Below are positions 40,335 through 51,400 of a stretch of DNA of 64,000 nucleotides, piece by piece. Both the position numbers and the translations under genes were made by a program. Each line of letters starts with the position of its first letter. Position 1 is the stretch's first letter. The stretch comes from an uncultured delta proteobacterium. Its GTDB lineage: Bacteria > Myxococcota_A > Polyangia > Polyangiales > Polyangiaceae. The stretch spans positions 1,568,001-1,632,000 of the forward strand of contig CAWDXG010000001.1 in assembly GCA_963806225.1 (NCBI GenBank). The letters run 5' to 3'. The notes under the pieces are model-generated. The model was given only the letters and a program-made list of their open reading frames with translations, did no database searches and was not told the DNA's origin.

Positions 40335-42742
40335 GTCGCCGCTGGACGCCAGGCACTGCGCGAAGACTACTCGGTTGTCTGGCGCTCCTGGTGTTGCTGC
40401 CGCCGGCGGCCCTGACCGCTGCGGCGGCGGTGACGCCGCTGCCCGCACCGCTCGTACGGGGACCGCCGCCGCCTGCGGTGCGCGTGCTGGATCGGCACGG
40501 CCGCGTGATCCGCGACGTGCGGACGTCCGACGACCAGCTGTCGGAACACCTGCGGCTGGCGCAGGTGTCGCCGTGGGTGCCGAAAGCCCTGGTCGCAGCC
40601 GAGGATGCGCGCTTCTTCTACCACCCCGGCGTGGACCCCGTGGCGATCGCACGCGCGACCGGGCAGCTCGTCTGGCACCGGCGTGTTGTCTCGGGCGCGA
40701 GCACCATCACGCAGCAGCTCGCACGCGCCGTCATCCACCGTCCACGGACCCTGTGGGGCAAGCTGCATGAAATGGTGGTCGCGCTCAGTATCGAGGCGTC
40801 GCTCGACAAGGCGCAGGTCCTCGATGAATACCTGAACCGCGTCGAGTTCGGCCCCAATCTGCGGGGTATCGGCGCGGCGAGCCGGTTCTATCTGGACAAG
40901 CCGGCGCTCGAACTCGACCTGGCCGAGGCCGCCGCGTTGGCCGCGATCCCACGCGGTCCGACTCTGTACGATCCGCGGCGGGGCACGTCGCGCGTGCTGC
41001 GACGGAGGAACCGCATCCTCGAGCGAATGCGGGAGCAGGGTCTCGCTACCGCGGAACAGATCGCCCGCGCCGAGGCCGAGCCACTGCTGCTCGAACGAAC
41101 CGCCTCCTCGGGCGGAGCGTGGCACCTGGTGCGGGCGCTTTCGAGCGGGCAGCTTGAACCGGGGCTCGCTCACGACGGCCACGCCCAGGTCATCCGCTCC
41201 ACGCTGGATCTGTCGCTACAGCACGAGGTCGAACAGCTGGTGCGCATTACGGCTAGCCGCATCGCGGCCTACGACGCGAGCGCGGCCGCCGCCATCGTAG
41301 TCGACAGCCCGAGCGGCGAGGTGCTCGCCTACGTCGGTTCGCCGGACTTCTTTTCGAAAACTGCTCTCGGACACAACGACGGCGTTCTGGCGCTGCGCCA
41401 GCCGGGGTCCACGCTCAAGCCGTTCGTCTACGCTGCCGCGATGCAGCGTCTCGGCATGACGGCCGCAACCCGGTTGCCCGATGTCGAGCTGCACGTGCCG
41501 ACGGAGCGCGGCGACTACGCTCCGCGGAACTACGACGGTCGCTTCCACGGGCCGGTGCTGCTGCGGGACGCTCTGGCGAATTCGCTCAATGTGCCGGCGG
41601 TCTATACGGCGGATCGCGTCGGACCCGCGACGGTGCTCGGGCTGCTTCGGCAGGTTGGCCTCGACACGCTCGACCAGGACGCCGTTCACTACGGCGCCGC
41701 GTTGGCTCTGGGAGACGGCGAAATCCGCCTGGCCGATCTCGCCGGGGCCTACGCCACGTTGGCGCGTCACGGGGTGTACCGGCCGCTCCGCTACGCGCTC
41801 GCTGCGAAACTCGACAGCGGCAGAAGCGCCTACCCGCGCGACCCGGAACCGAAGCGCGTGATCGATCCTCGCATCGCGGGTGTGCTCACCGACGTGCTGT
41901 CGGACAGGGCAGCGCGACTTTCCGCCTTCGGCCGGGGCAACGCGCTGGAGCTGCCGTTTCCGGTTGCGGCCAAGACGGGCACTTCCAAAGGGTATCGCGA
42001 CAACTGGACGGTCGGCTTCACGCATGAGCGCACGGTAGCGGTCTGGGTCGGCAATTTCGACGGCCATCCGATGAGCCGCTCGAGCGGCGTGACCGGAGCG
42101 GGGCCGCTGTTCCACGACGTGATGCTGGCCGCCATGCGCGGCATCGAGCATCCCGCGCCGCTCGCCGATCTGACCGGGCTGGTTGTCGCCGAGGTGTGCC
42201 CGCTCAGCGGCGAGCTAGCCGGGCCGGACTGCCCGCACCGGCGGCGGGAGCTGTTCCGACCCGGGCACGCTCCCACCCACACCTGCGACATGCACGTCCG
42301 CGCACGGATCGACGAGGACAACGGTCTCTTGGCGGGCCCCGCGTGTCGTACACGCGTTCAGGAGCGCGTCTTCGAGCGCTACCCGGCCGCATATGCCGCA
42401 TGGGCCGAGAGCGCAGGCCGTCCTGTGCTGCCTTTTGAGGCCTCGCGGCGCTGCCCGCTTTCCGTGCGCACCGACACGGGCAGTCCCGTCATCGCGTTCC
42501 CGTTCGAGGGCGCGCGCTTCGTCCTCGATCCCGATGCGCCCCGCCTGCAGCAGCAGATCGTGCTCTTCGCACGCGCGCGGCGTGACATCGGAACGTTGGG
42601 CTTCATCGTCGATGGCAGGGATGTCGGTCGCCGCGTCGCGCCGTTCCGGCTGCCGTGGACGCTTGTACGAGGGGAGCACACTCTTCTGGTCAAGAGCGGC
42701 AGCGGTCGCGTCAGTGCCCCCGTTCACTTCGATGTGCGCTAG
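40331..42742 (+). CDS. pbpC: Penicillin-binding protein 1C
   Basis: Transglycosylase motifs EDARF..H.GVD and GASTITQQL, then PGSTLKPF, SLN, KTGTS, and a C-terminal PBP1C domain. ATGA overlap with A2M. Confidence 0.93.
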   Translation: MSRRWTPGTARRLLGCLALLVLLPPAALTAAAAVTPLPAPLVRGPPPPAVRVLDRHGRVIRDVRTSDDQLSEHLRLAQVSPWVPKALVAAEDARFFYHPGVDPVAIARATGQLVWHRRVVSGASTITQQLARAVIHRPRTLWGKLHEMVVALSIEASLDKAQVLDEYLNRVEFGPNLRGIGAASRFYLDKPALELDLAEAAALAAIPRGPTLYDPRRGTSRVLRRRNRILERMREQGLATAEQIARAEAEPLLLERTASSGGAWHLVRALSSGQLEPGLAHDGHAQVIRSTLDLSLQHEVEQLVRITASRIAAYDASAAAAIVVDSPSGEVLAYVGSPDFFSKTALGHNDGVLALRQPGSTLKPFVYAAAMQRLGMTAATRLPDVELHVPTERGDYAPRNYDGRFHGPVLLRDALANSLNVPAVYTADRVGPATVLGLLRQVGLDTLDQDAVHYGAALALGDGEIRLADLAGAYATLARHGVYRPLRYALAAKLDSGRSAYPRDPEPKRVIDPRIAGVLTDVLSDRAARLSAFGRGNALELPFPVAAKTGTSKGYRDNWTVGFTHERTVAVWVGNFDGHPMSRSSGVTGAGPLFHDVMLAAMRGIEHPAPLADLTGLVVAEVCPLSGELAGPDCPHRRRELFRPGHAPTHTCDMHVRARIDEDNGLLAGPACRTRVQERVFERYPAAYAAWAESAGRPVLPFEASRRCPLSVRTDTGSPVIAFPFEGARFVLDPDAPRLQQQIVLFARARRDIGTLGFIVDGRDVGRRVAPFRLPWTLVRGEHTLLVKSGSGRVSAPVHFDVR

Positions 42743-42767
42743 CTGGTCGGCGAAAAATCCATCGCGA

Positions 42768-42787
42768 CATCACCCCTGGGGGTGATG
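42768..42787. other. Palindrome between convergent genes (possible terminator or protein-binding site)
   Basis: CATCACCCC-TG-GGGGTGATG. Confidence 0.5.
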
Positions 42788-42849
42788 CGCGTTCCCACCC
42801 GTGGCGGTATCCTTGGATCACCCCAAACGGGGGGGCGGACGCGGGCGGT

Positions 42850-45800
42850 TCAGCCGACCAGGTTGAGCCGGCGGCGTGCTTCGCCGAATTGTTCGCTCAC
42901 GCTGAACACCGCGATATCCCGCGCCTCGGGATGGCGCACGACCCACTTGATCCGGTCGGGGCCCTCCGGGGGCATTCCGCCCTGCTGGCCGAGCGAAAGG
43001 GCAATGGCCCGCAGCGCCGCGCTCGGGTTGCCCAGTGCCAGAAGGCCGGTGCGGTTGCCCCACTGGTTGACCGCGGTCGCCAGCTGGCTGGCACGGTTCC
43101 CGATGGATCCGATGACCTCGAGAGCGAGCACCGGTACGTCCGGATCGAGGTTGCGCGGCATCGCGCCCTGGATGCGCTGTCGGGCCTCGGCCATCTTCTT
43201 CGCGTCGACGCCCTGCGGCTGCCAGTCCGGTGCGAAGACACCGAGATACGCAGCCGTGAGGGGCCACAGATCAATGGGTGAGGTCCGCGACAGGGTCGAG
43301 GCATGCGCCTGGAGGATCTTCAACGCCCGGACCAGGAGGAAGTAGCGAGCCGCCTCGTCGTCGCCGTCCAGAAGGGCCTTGCCGAACACGAGCTGCGGGG
43401 GATTCGAGCTCACCGGCATGCAGGCCGCGCCTATCGTCGTCGACACGAACACATCGAGGCTGTTGATGCCGAACGCACGCGCCAGTTGCCGGATGTTTCC
43501 GACGAAGTCCTGGGCCTCGGCCGGCATCGGCGCCGCGCGCAGGACGCGGAGGTCGACCGGATAGGCCGCATCGAGCGCATCGCCGCTCTTTCTGAGCAGT
43601 GCCCGGAGCGGCAACGACAAGAGCTCCGGAGACAGGAACTCGTCGAGCTGCGCGTCTCCCGCAGCGGGGCCCCCGCCGCGCAGCGGCTCCTCGCGGCCTT
43701 CCAGTGCTGCAATCGTGGAGACTGCCACCTTGGCCGAATCGGCATCACCCTTCAGCTCCGCGACGGTCCCGAGTATCTCGAAGAACGAGGTGTCGAAGCG
43801 GCCCGTGCCGAGCGCGCGTCGAGCGTCGGTGGCCGCGCGATCGAGCACCATGTGCAGCGCGCGCTCCTCCCCCTTGCGCTGGTAGAAGTCGGCCAACGCG
43901 CGGAGCACGTCTCCGTTGTGGCTCCACTGCTTGCGCGCGCGCTCGAGCGTGGCTTCCGCCTTCTTCGGGTCGCCCACGACTTCGTCGTAGACGCGGGCCA
44001 GCGCAATCGTGCGTTCGCACTTTTCCTCGGGGCTCTCTGCCCGCTCGACCAGACCGTTGGCGAGCTCGACCGCCTTGGCGGTATTGCCCAGGCGTCCGTA
44101 CACGTCCACCAGACGCTTGGTCGCGGCAACGTCGTCTGGTCGCCGCTTGAGCACCTCCTGGTATGAAAGCTCGGCGCGTTCGGGATTCTGGAGCTCGCCT
44201 TCGTAGAGCTCACCGAGCTTTTCGTAGATGTCCGCTTGGCGCTCGGGTTCCGCGGCGTGGCGTGCCAGGCGGATCCACGCCTGCTCTGCGCCGCTCCAGT
44301 CGCCTTCCGCCATGCATATCTCGGCGAAGGCGTCGAGTGCTTCGGCGTGGTCCGGGTTCGCGTCGAGTGCTGCGGCCAGCGCCTGCTTGGCCGCCGCGCG
44401 GTCGCCGACCTCCGCCAGTGCCCGGCCGCGGGTGACCTCGAGGGCGATGCGCTGTTCCGGATCCGTCGTCTGCTCGAGCCGCTGTTCGATGAGGCTCGCG
44501 AGCTTGGTGCGTTCGTTCGCGGCGACGTACAACGCCTGCAGACGCTCGAACACGTCCTCGTTGTTGACGTCGATTTTGGCGGCGTGTTCCAGCGCGAGCA
44601 GGCCGCGGTCCGTATTGCCCACCTTGTCCAGCCAGAGGAGCGCGGCCTGATGCCAGGCGCCCAGCTGGTGCGCCGGGACGGCACTCGCCGCTGCGAGCGC
44701 TTCGAAAGATTCCGCAGCGCCCGTGGCGTCGCCCAGGGAATCGAGAACCTCGGCGCGCGTGGTGATGGCTACGAGGTGTTCCGGAACGAGCTCGACGGCG
44801 CGCTCGAGCAGCGCACTGGCCTCCGGGAGATTGCCGAGCCGTGCCGCCGCCTCGGCGGCGCGCAACGCCAGCGTTGCGGCGTCGATGCCGCGAGTCGACA
44901 GATCGCACAGCCAGCGATCGGCTTTCAGCACCGCCTCGTCCTCGCCGGTCGCACGCGCGAGTGCGCTGAGCTCCCTCAGCGCCCAGAGCGAGGGGCTCTC
45001 GCCGTTCACCACGATGTCGACCAGATCGCGCGTCTGCAGCCACTCGCCGTTGCGCGCGCGGAGCCGCGCCGCCAGCATGGCGTGGGCGGTGGCCTCGCTG
45101 GCGTCCAGAAGCGGCGCCAGCGTCGCCGCAATGGGACCCAGCTCGTCCTCGCGGCCTGCCTCGACGTAGGCTTGTTCGAGCCGGCGGAGAGCGGGCAGGT
45201 AGTCGGGTTCACGCTCGAGAATGGCGCTCTGCCAGAGCAGTGCGCTGGACTGATCGCCGCGCGCACGATCGAGCCTGCTGCAGCGCTCGTACAATTCGCG
45301 TTCGACCGCCGGGTCCTCCGCTGCGCGCGCCCGCGAAAGGAGCTCTTCGCTCAAGGCGGCGGACCCGGGGCCTGCGCCCGCGTTGCGCTCGGCGGCGATC
45401 TCTGCAAGTTCGCTGCCGCCGCGCTTGACCGCTGCGACCGCGGCACGCGCGGCGCCTTCCGGATCGCCGGCGCGCTCGAATTCAAGTGCCGCTTCCAGGA
45501 GCAGGGGCAGGGCCTGATCCGGCTCCAGCGATTCGGCAAGCTGTTCCCGCCATTCGCCCTTGCTGGCGCGCGCGCCGGGAGTCAGGCGGTCGTGCAGTGA
45601 TTCGAGGGCGACATCGCCCGGCCGCGCCTGGCATGCCTGTTCCACGAGCGAGGCGGCCAGCTCGAGGTCGCTGTCGGCGACGAGCAGAGCTTCCCTGACC
45701 TCGTCCAGGGCCCGCTCGACGTTGTCGGTCGACGCGTCCCGGCGGCGCTGCAGCCACAGAACCAGGCGTTCGACGTCTCCGCGTGCACGGGCGTGTTGTT

Positions 45801-48429
45801 CGCCCAGGCGGTAGGCGAAGGGCAGTGCAGGCATCGCCTCGGCAGCTTCGGCAAGCAGCGCCTGGTATCCCTCGGGGTTCTCGTCGCCGCGACGCACCGC
45901 GGCTTCGATCAGGAGCAGGGCGCGCTGCGCGTCGTCGCCGCAGGCCCGCGCCAGTGCCAGAAGGAGCTCCGCGGCGCCGTGCGGCGCGGCCCTCGACGCG
46001 AGCACGCGTGCGGCCGCCTCGTACGTTGCGTCGGCAGCCAGCGCCGAGGCGTACTGGCGCATTGCGGCTTCGCTGTTGCCGCCGGCTTCGTAGGCCAGCC
46101 CAGCCGCGAGGTGCCGATCGCGCACGGCTTCGCCGTCTTCGTCGTCGCCGGGCCAGCTCGCCAGCGCCTCGGCCACATTCGCTGCGTCGTGTGCCGAGAG
46201 CGCAAGCTCCAGGGCGAGCACTCGCGACAGCGGATGCTCGGGGTGAGCAATCGCGAAGCTCTCGCTTGCCGTGCGCAGGACGTCGGGGTCGTGCTCCTTC
46301 GCCACCTCTGCGGCGAGGGCCCGCCCAAGCTGGACTTCGCTTCGCGAGTGCTCCTCTCCGCTGCTGATCGTCGGGAGCTGTCCGGGGGGCAGGCTGCTTG
46401 CCTCGCAGGCAGCGGCCAGCGGCCGTAGCGATTTGTCCTCGGCGAGCTCCGCGAGCGACTGCCGGACGCCTTCCGCGCCACCGTCCGTGAGCGCGGCGAG
46501 AGCGGCGCGGTCGGCGGCAGTGAAAGGATCGGTCGGGGCCGCCTCGTCGCCGGTCTCCGCGGGCTGGCGGATCGCGGCTTGCAACGCATCGGGATCGCCC
46601 TGTTCCAGCGCGCGCGCCGCCAGAGCGCGGCGGACGAGCGGATCGGGGCCCCGTTCGAGCAACCGCTGGAGCAGCTGGATCGACCGGGCGCGGGACCCGC
46701 TGGCGGAGGCGAGCAGCGACGAAGCCAGCCACATCGCGCCGCGCTCCAGGCCCTCGATCCGCGCCAGCTCGGCCACGGCATCGCCGGCGGCGGTCTGATC
46801 CTGGCTCTGCATTGCGGCTCGGGCGTCGCCGAACGCGGTCTTCGAGCGGTCGACCCCGGCCTCGTCGGGTGCGGCTCCGCCGCGCAGCCGGACCAGCTCG
46901 TGCGTTGCCTCCACCAGCGTGGCCAGCGCCGGGGCCTCGGGCCAACGAATGCGGGGTGGATCGGCGCTCTGTCCAAGCTGCTCGGCGAGCTTCATCGCGT
47001 GCGCTCGTGGATCGGACGGCAACGCGCGGGCGGCCTGCTCGAACTTGCGCTTCGCGCTCTCCGTGTCGCCGAGGATCAAGCGATTCAGCTCCGCGGAGAG
47101 CAGTGCAGCGTGCGCGCGCGCCTCGGGCGTCGGGGACGCCCGGGTCTCCGACTCCAGCGCCGCCGCGACCGCCGGCCAGTCGTCTTCCGCCGCCGCTAGC
47201 CAGCGCAGTTGGCGATGCGCGAGAGGCATGGACGGCGCGGCTGTGGCAGCCGCGCTCGCAGCCTCGCGGGCCCGGCTGGCTTCGCCGGCCATGGCCCACA
47301 GCTCGCTGGAGATCAACAGCGCGCGGGCCCGCACCTGGGGGTCGGATGCGCTCTGTGCCTCGCTCTCGAGCAGCTCGGCGCGTGCGAGCCACTCGTCGCG
47401 CATCTGGTGGGCAACGAGCTGCGCCGCGGCGGGCTGCTCGTCGCTCCACGCCGTCGGTCCGCCGGCGGGGCGCAACGAGCGCACGCTGGGTGGAGGGGTA
47501 ACGCTGGCCGCGCGTGCCGCGAGCTGGGACTCGTCCGGGGTGTGCGAAGGAGTGAGCTCCTCGAAATCGTCGACCGCTTCCGGCGGAAGGCTCTCGAGGC
47601 TGCCGGTTGTCAGAGCATCGTCTTCGAGGGCGATGTCGTCGTCGAGCGCAGCATCGGCTGTCTCCGGCTTGCCTGTCGACGGTGGCACTTCGGCGAAGGA
47701 GCCGGCGTCCAGCATCTCGAGCCCGTCGAACTCGTCGACCGCTGGCGGCTTGGAGGCGTGCGGAGCGCTGCCTTCCGGCTCTGGAGTCGTCGCGCTGGGC
47801 GCCCGTGGCGGCGGTCGCTGCGCGGTCGGAGCGGGTCTGGGAGGCGGCGGTCGCGGGAGAGCCGCGGGACGCGCTGCTGGAGGACGCGGCGGTGCCGCGG
47901 GTGGCGCTGCGGCGGGCGCCTCGGACTCCGTCGGTTCCGCGAGCAGCGAGTCGATATCGTCCCCACTGTCCGCCGTGTTGCTGGCGAGCGCCTGATCCAC
48001 CCCGAACGATCGGCGGTCGCCGACCATGGTCACTTCGTCGGCTGGAAACGCGCGCTGCTCGGGCTCGTGCAGCTTGTGGCCTGGTCGCGAGACGGGTGGC
48101 TCCGCCGGCGCCCGCGGGGCCGAAGCCGGGCGGGGCGGTGCCGGTGCCGCCGGCTTCTCTGGCGCGGGCGCGGCGGGTGGCGCGGGCGCAGCGGGTGGCG
48201 AGGGCGCAGCGGGTGGCGAGGGCTGCGAAGGGGTTGGGGAGCCCGGGACCGAGTCGTCTTCCGAGAGCAGCGAGTCGAGCAGCGCATCCGGCTCGAAATC
48301 GAGGTCGCCGAGCTCGGCCCCGATGCTGCCCGCCGTACCGCTGCGGCCGGCGCCCGAGCCCCCCCGGTGCGGGTGTTCGGAATCCGTCTTGCCGGACGGT
48401 TTGGGGTCGCGCTTGTCCCGATCGCTCAT
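42850..48429 (-). CDS. Giant cytoplasmic TPR/alpha-solenoid protein (1859 aa) with disordered acidic/Pro-rich N-terminus
   Basis: Start MSDRDKRD at an ATGA overlap, many TPR-like helices, no signal peptide. C-terminal domain shared with the upstream gene. Confidence 0.8.
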   Translation of the reverse strand: MSDRDKRDPKPSGKTDSEHPHRGGSGAGRSGTAGSIGAELGDLDFEPDALLDSLLSEDDSVPGSPTPSQPSPPAAPSPPAAPAPPAAPAPEKPAAPAPPRPASAPRAPAEPPVSRPGHKLHEPEQRAFPADEVTMVGDRRSFGVDQALASNTADSGDDIDSLLAEPTESEAPAAAPPAAPPRPPAARPAALPRPPPPRPAPTAQRPPPRAPSATTPEPEGSAPHASKPPAVDEFDGLEMLDAGSFAEVPPSTGKPETADAALDDDIALEDDALTTGSLESLPPEAVDDFEELTPSHTPDESQLAARAASVTPPPSVRSLRPAGGPTAWSDEQPAAAQLVAHQMRDEWLARAELLESEAQSASDPQVRARALLISSELWAMAGEASRAREAASAAATAAPSMPLAHRQLRWLAAAEDDWPAVAAALESETRASPTPEARAHAALLSAELNRLILGDTESAKRKFEQAARALPSDPRAHAMKLAEQLGQSADPPRIRWPEAPALATLVEATHELVRLRGGAAPDEAGVDRSKTAFGDARAAMQSQDQTAAGDAVAELARIEGLERGAMWLASSLLASASGSRARSIQLLQRLLERGPDPLVRRALAARALEQGDPDALQAAIRQPAETGDEAAPTDPFTAADRAALAALTDGGAEGVRQSLAELAEDKSLRPLAAACEASSLPPGQLPTISSGEEHSRSEVQLGRALAAEVAKEHDPDVLRTASESFAIAHPEHPLSRVLALELALSAHDAANVAEALASWPGDDEDGEAVRDRHLAAGLAYEAGGNSEAAMRQYASALAADATYEAAARVLASRAAPHGAAELLLALARACGDDAQRALLLIEAAVRRGDENPEGYQALLAEAAEAMPALPFAYRLGEQHARARGDVERLVLWLQRRRDASTDNVERALDEVREALLVADSDLELAASLVEQACQARPGDVALESLHDRLTPGARASKGEWREQLAESLEPDQALPLLLEAALEFERAGDPEGAARAAVAAVKRGGSELAEIAAERNAGAGPGSAALSEELLSRARAAEDPAVERELYERCSRLDRARGDQSSALLWQSAILEREPDYLPALRRLEQAYVEAGREDELGPIAATLAPLLDASEATAHAMLAARLRARNGEWLQTRDLVDIVVNGESPSLWALRELSALARATGEDEAVLKADRWLCDLSTRGIDAATLALRAAEAAARLGNLPEASALLERAVELVPEHLVAITTRAEVLDSLGDATGAAESFEALAAASAVPAHQLGAWHQAALLWLDKVGNTDRGLLALEHAAKIDVNNEDVFERLQALYVAANERTKLASLIEQRLEQTTDPEQRIALEVTRGRALAEVGDRAAAKQALAAALDANPDHAEALDAFAEICMAEGDWSGAEQAWIRLARHAAEPERQADIYEKLGELYEGELQNPERAELSYQEVLKRRPDDVAATKRLVDVYGRLGNTAKAVELANGLVERAESPEEKCERTIALARVYDEVVGDPKKAEATLERARKQWSHNGDVLRALADFYQRKGEERALHMVLDRAATDARRALGTGRFDTSFFEILGTVAELKGDADSAKVAVSTIAALEGREEPLRGGGPAAGDAQLDEFLSPELLSLPLRALLRKSGDALDAAYPVDLRVLRAAPMPAEAQDFVGNIRQLARAFGINSLDVFVSTTIGAACMPVSSNPPQLVFGKALLDGDDEAARYFLLVRALKILQAHASTLSRTSPIDLWPLTAAYLGVFAPDWQPQGVDAKKMAEARQRIQGAMPRNLDPDVPVLALEVIGSIGNRASQLATAVNQWGNRTGLLALGNPSAALRAIALSLGQQGGMPPEGPDRIKWVVRHPEARDIAVFSVSEQFGEARRRLNLVG

Positions 48430-51400
48430 CGGACTCCCATTCCGAGCCGCTCGCGGACGGCCAGGTAGCTCGGTGACAACACGAAGCCGAGCAGGCGCTG
48501 CGCGCGCTCCTGCGCATCGACAGAAGCGCCGATCTGTCCGCGCGAGCCAGGGCCGTCGGCAAGCACGTGCGAGACGTCGCCGGCGGCAACGGCCGCCAGC
48601 CGGTCCAGACTGGAGGTTGCCGCTTGCACCCACGCGAGCAGATCCTGCCCGGCCTCCGCCACGGGCTGCGCCAGTTCCGGCAGCATGCGGCGGACACGCC
48701 TGCTCATCTCCTTGCCGAGCTGTCGCTCGAACTCGCCGAGCATCGCGTAGTGTGGCGAGGGTACCTCGACGCCGGCTAGCCGGCATGCAGCCACGATCAG
48801 CGCAGCGACATCCGTGGGCGGACGGTGACGCAGGATAGTGGTCCCGCGGCGCAGGGCGAACAACTCGCGCGCCACGAGCTGGCGATGATACGGCGCCAGC
48901 GGCGCGGCGACACCGGTGCCGAGCACCAGCGCAGGGCGCTCGGTCGCCACGCCGTACACCGCGTTCGGTTCGCTGCCGCCAATGTAGAGGTCGAAATCAC
49001 CCAGCCCGAGCGCGCCCGCCCATGCGGCGACATCATTGCGTATCGGCAGGCCGGAGCGCGGGTCGACGCGCTCGCGCTTCCCGACCCCGAAGGTGGCAAG
49101 GCCAGGACCGAGTGCTTCGGCGATGGTTGGAGCCAACTCGCGGACCAGCCGCGGGATCGGGCCGCTGTCATCCGGATCGCAGAGCTCGGGCAGCGCGCTC
49201 TCGTCGATCGCGATCTGGGGCAGTCGTGCCACACGCTGGTCGAGCACCGCGAGCTCGCCGTCGATCTGCCTTGTGCCTTCTCCGAGCGCGACCAGCACGC
49301 CGAGTGCCGCCTGTCTGAGTGGTGCGTTTTCGAGCTTGCCGGCGATGCGCGCCAGGCGGTCGACCGTCTCGGCGTCGAGCGGCTCGCGGGTCGACTTCTC
49401 GACGAGCGCATCGCGTCCGCGCTCGACCAGCGGCAGGGCGGTTTCGTCGGGCAGTACGTCTGCCAGCACTAGATCGAGCGCTTCGCCGTCCCCGGGCGCC
49501 TCCGATAGCAACTTGACGGCGGCGCGGACTGCGTCCTCCGGCTTCTGCCGGCGATCGCGGTGGATGGACATCGCGAGGCGCGCCGCCTCGATGCGTCCCT
49601 GCTTCGTGTCGCGCTCGTTCATGAGCTGCTCGAGCACTTCGGTTGCCTGATCCCAGGCTTCGGCACGCGCGGACGCGCGGGCGAGACGCTCCCGCACCGG
49701 CAGGGTGCTGAGCCCCTGGTGATGCAGGCTGACCAGCACCTCGAGTGCCTTGTCCAGCTCGCCCAGCTTCTTCTCGTACAGGTCGACGGCCGCAACTCCG
49801 CTCATGAGGCGCTGCTTGACGGGTGCATCGGAGAGGGTCGAAAGCCGCGCCAGCTTGGCGGCGGCTTCAGGGAACTGCTTGGTCGTGATGCAGATCTCGC
49901 CAGATAGCGCCAGCGCGCCGACGTGATCCGGCTCCAGCATGGTGACGTTCTCCAGCGCGGCCAGCGCGCCCTCGCGATCCCCGGCGGCACGCAGGACGCG
50001 GGCGCGCTCCCAGAACATCTTGGCAATCTCGTCGGGATCCTCGGCGACTTCGAGGCGTGCGGCGATGAGCTCGAGCAGGCGCGGGCCGTCCTTCCTCGCG
50101 CGCACGATGCGGAACAGGCGATCGAAGGACACGAAACGCCCGATGTCGCGTTCCACCGCGCGCGCAAGGGCGAACTCGCCGCGCTCCTCGTCGTCGAGCT
50201 CATCGATGAGGATCAGCGCTGCCTGTTCCCACAGCTCCGCGCCGCGTTGATCGTCGGAGGCGATGTCGCCCAGCGCGGCGCATGCCTCGGCGACGGTCGC
50301 ACGATCTCCTCCAGCTGCAGACGCGGCGCGCAGGCCCTCCCAGCCGATGAGCTCCTGCGGGTAGGTCTCGATCACCGCGCGGAACGAGTCCACTGCTCCG
50401 TCGATGTCCAGCGCCGCGAGTTGGTTCCACCCCGCAAGGGCCATCGACAGCGAAATGCTCTCGTCGCCGAGCGTGTCGTCGACGGCGAACAAGGCGCGGG
50501 AGCGCCTTCGCGGGTCGCACCCGGGCAACGCCAGCTCGAGGTTGGCGAGCATCGCTGCCGGCTCTTCGGATTCGAGCAGTGCTTCGTCGCGTCCGGTTGA
50601 CAGGTGCGCGACCAGCGTTGCGCTGGCCAGCATGTCGGCACTGGCCTCCCCCTGGAGGCGTTCCGCCAGTGCGCGTCGTGCGTCGACCTCGCTGCCCGGA
50701 TCGTCCGCAGCGACGCTGGCGCCGAGCCATTCGAGCGCGGCTGCGGGCGAGGGGTCGTCCTCCGCCCAGCGACGGGCGCTCTGTGCGAGCGCGGTCGGGG
50801 CCATCTGCCCGCTCTCGCGTACAGCTTCGAGCTCCAGCTGGAAGGCGGCGCGGCGGCAGACCGACCTCGCCGCGTCCGAGCTTGCTCCGAGCTTTTCCAG
50901 AGCCTCCAGCCGGGTCTCCCGCTCCTGGGTGTCGAGCCACAGGGCACGCGCGAGAACGGCGGCCGTGGACAGGTCAGCGGCTGCCGAAGGACCGATCGCG
51001 TCGAGCGACGAGCGGGCCTGTATCGCGTCACCCTGCTTGCCGAGCTCGAGCGCGAAGCGCTCCAGCTCGATCAGTCCCGAACCATCGCCGGCCGACTCGA
51101 GCACGCGCCGGCGCGACTCGACGTTGTCCGGATCGGCTGCGCGCAGCGCCCAGCCAAGGAGCGCGGAACCCGACGCCGGGGCTGCTGCTTCGGCGCCCGA
51201 AAAGCACTCGACCGCTGCACTGCGGTCGCCGGTCTGCCAGTAGCGGATGCCGGCTTCCATCTGCATCGCCGCCGAGAGCAGCGGATCCTGCGTGGCTGCC
51301 GCACACGCCGACACGATCTCGGCGCTGCGCCGCGTGTCGCCGCCGGCGCCGACCACGCCGGCAAGTGCCGTCGCGACGACCGTGTCGGAGTTGTCTCCCT

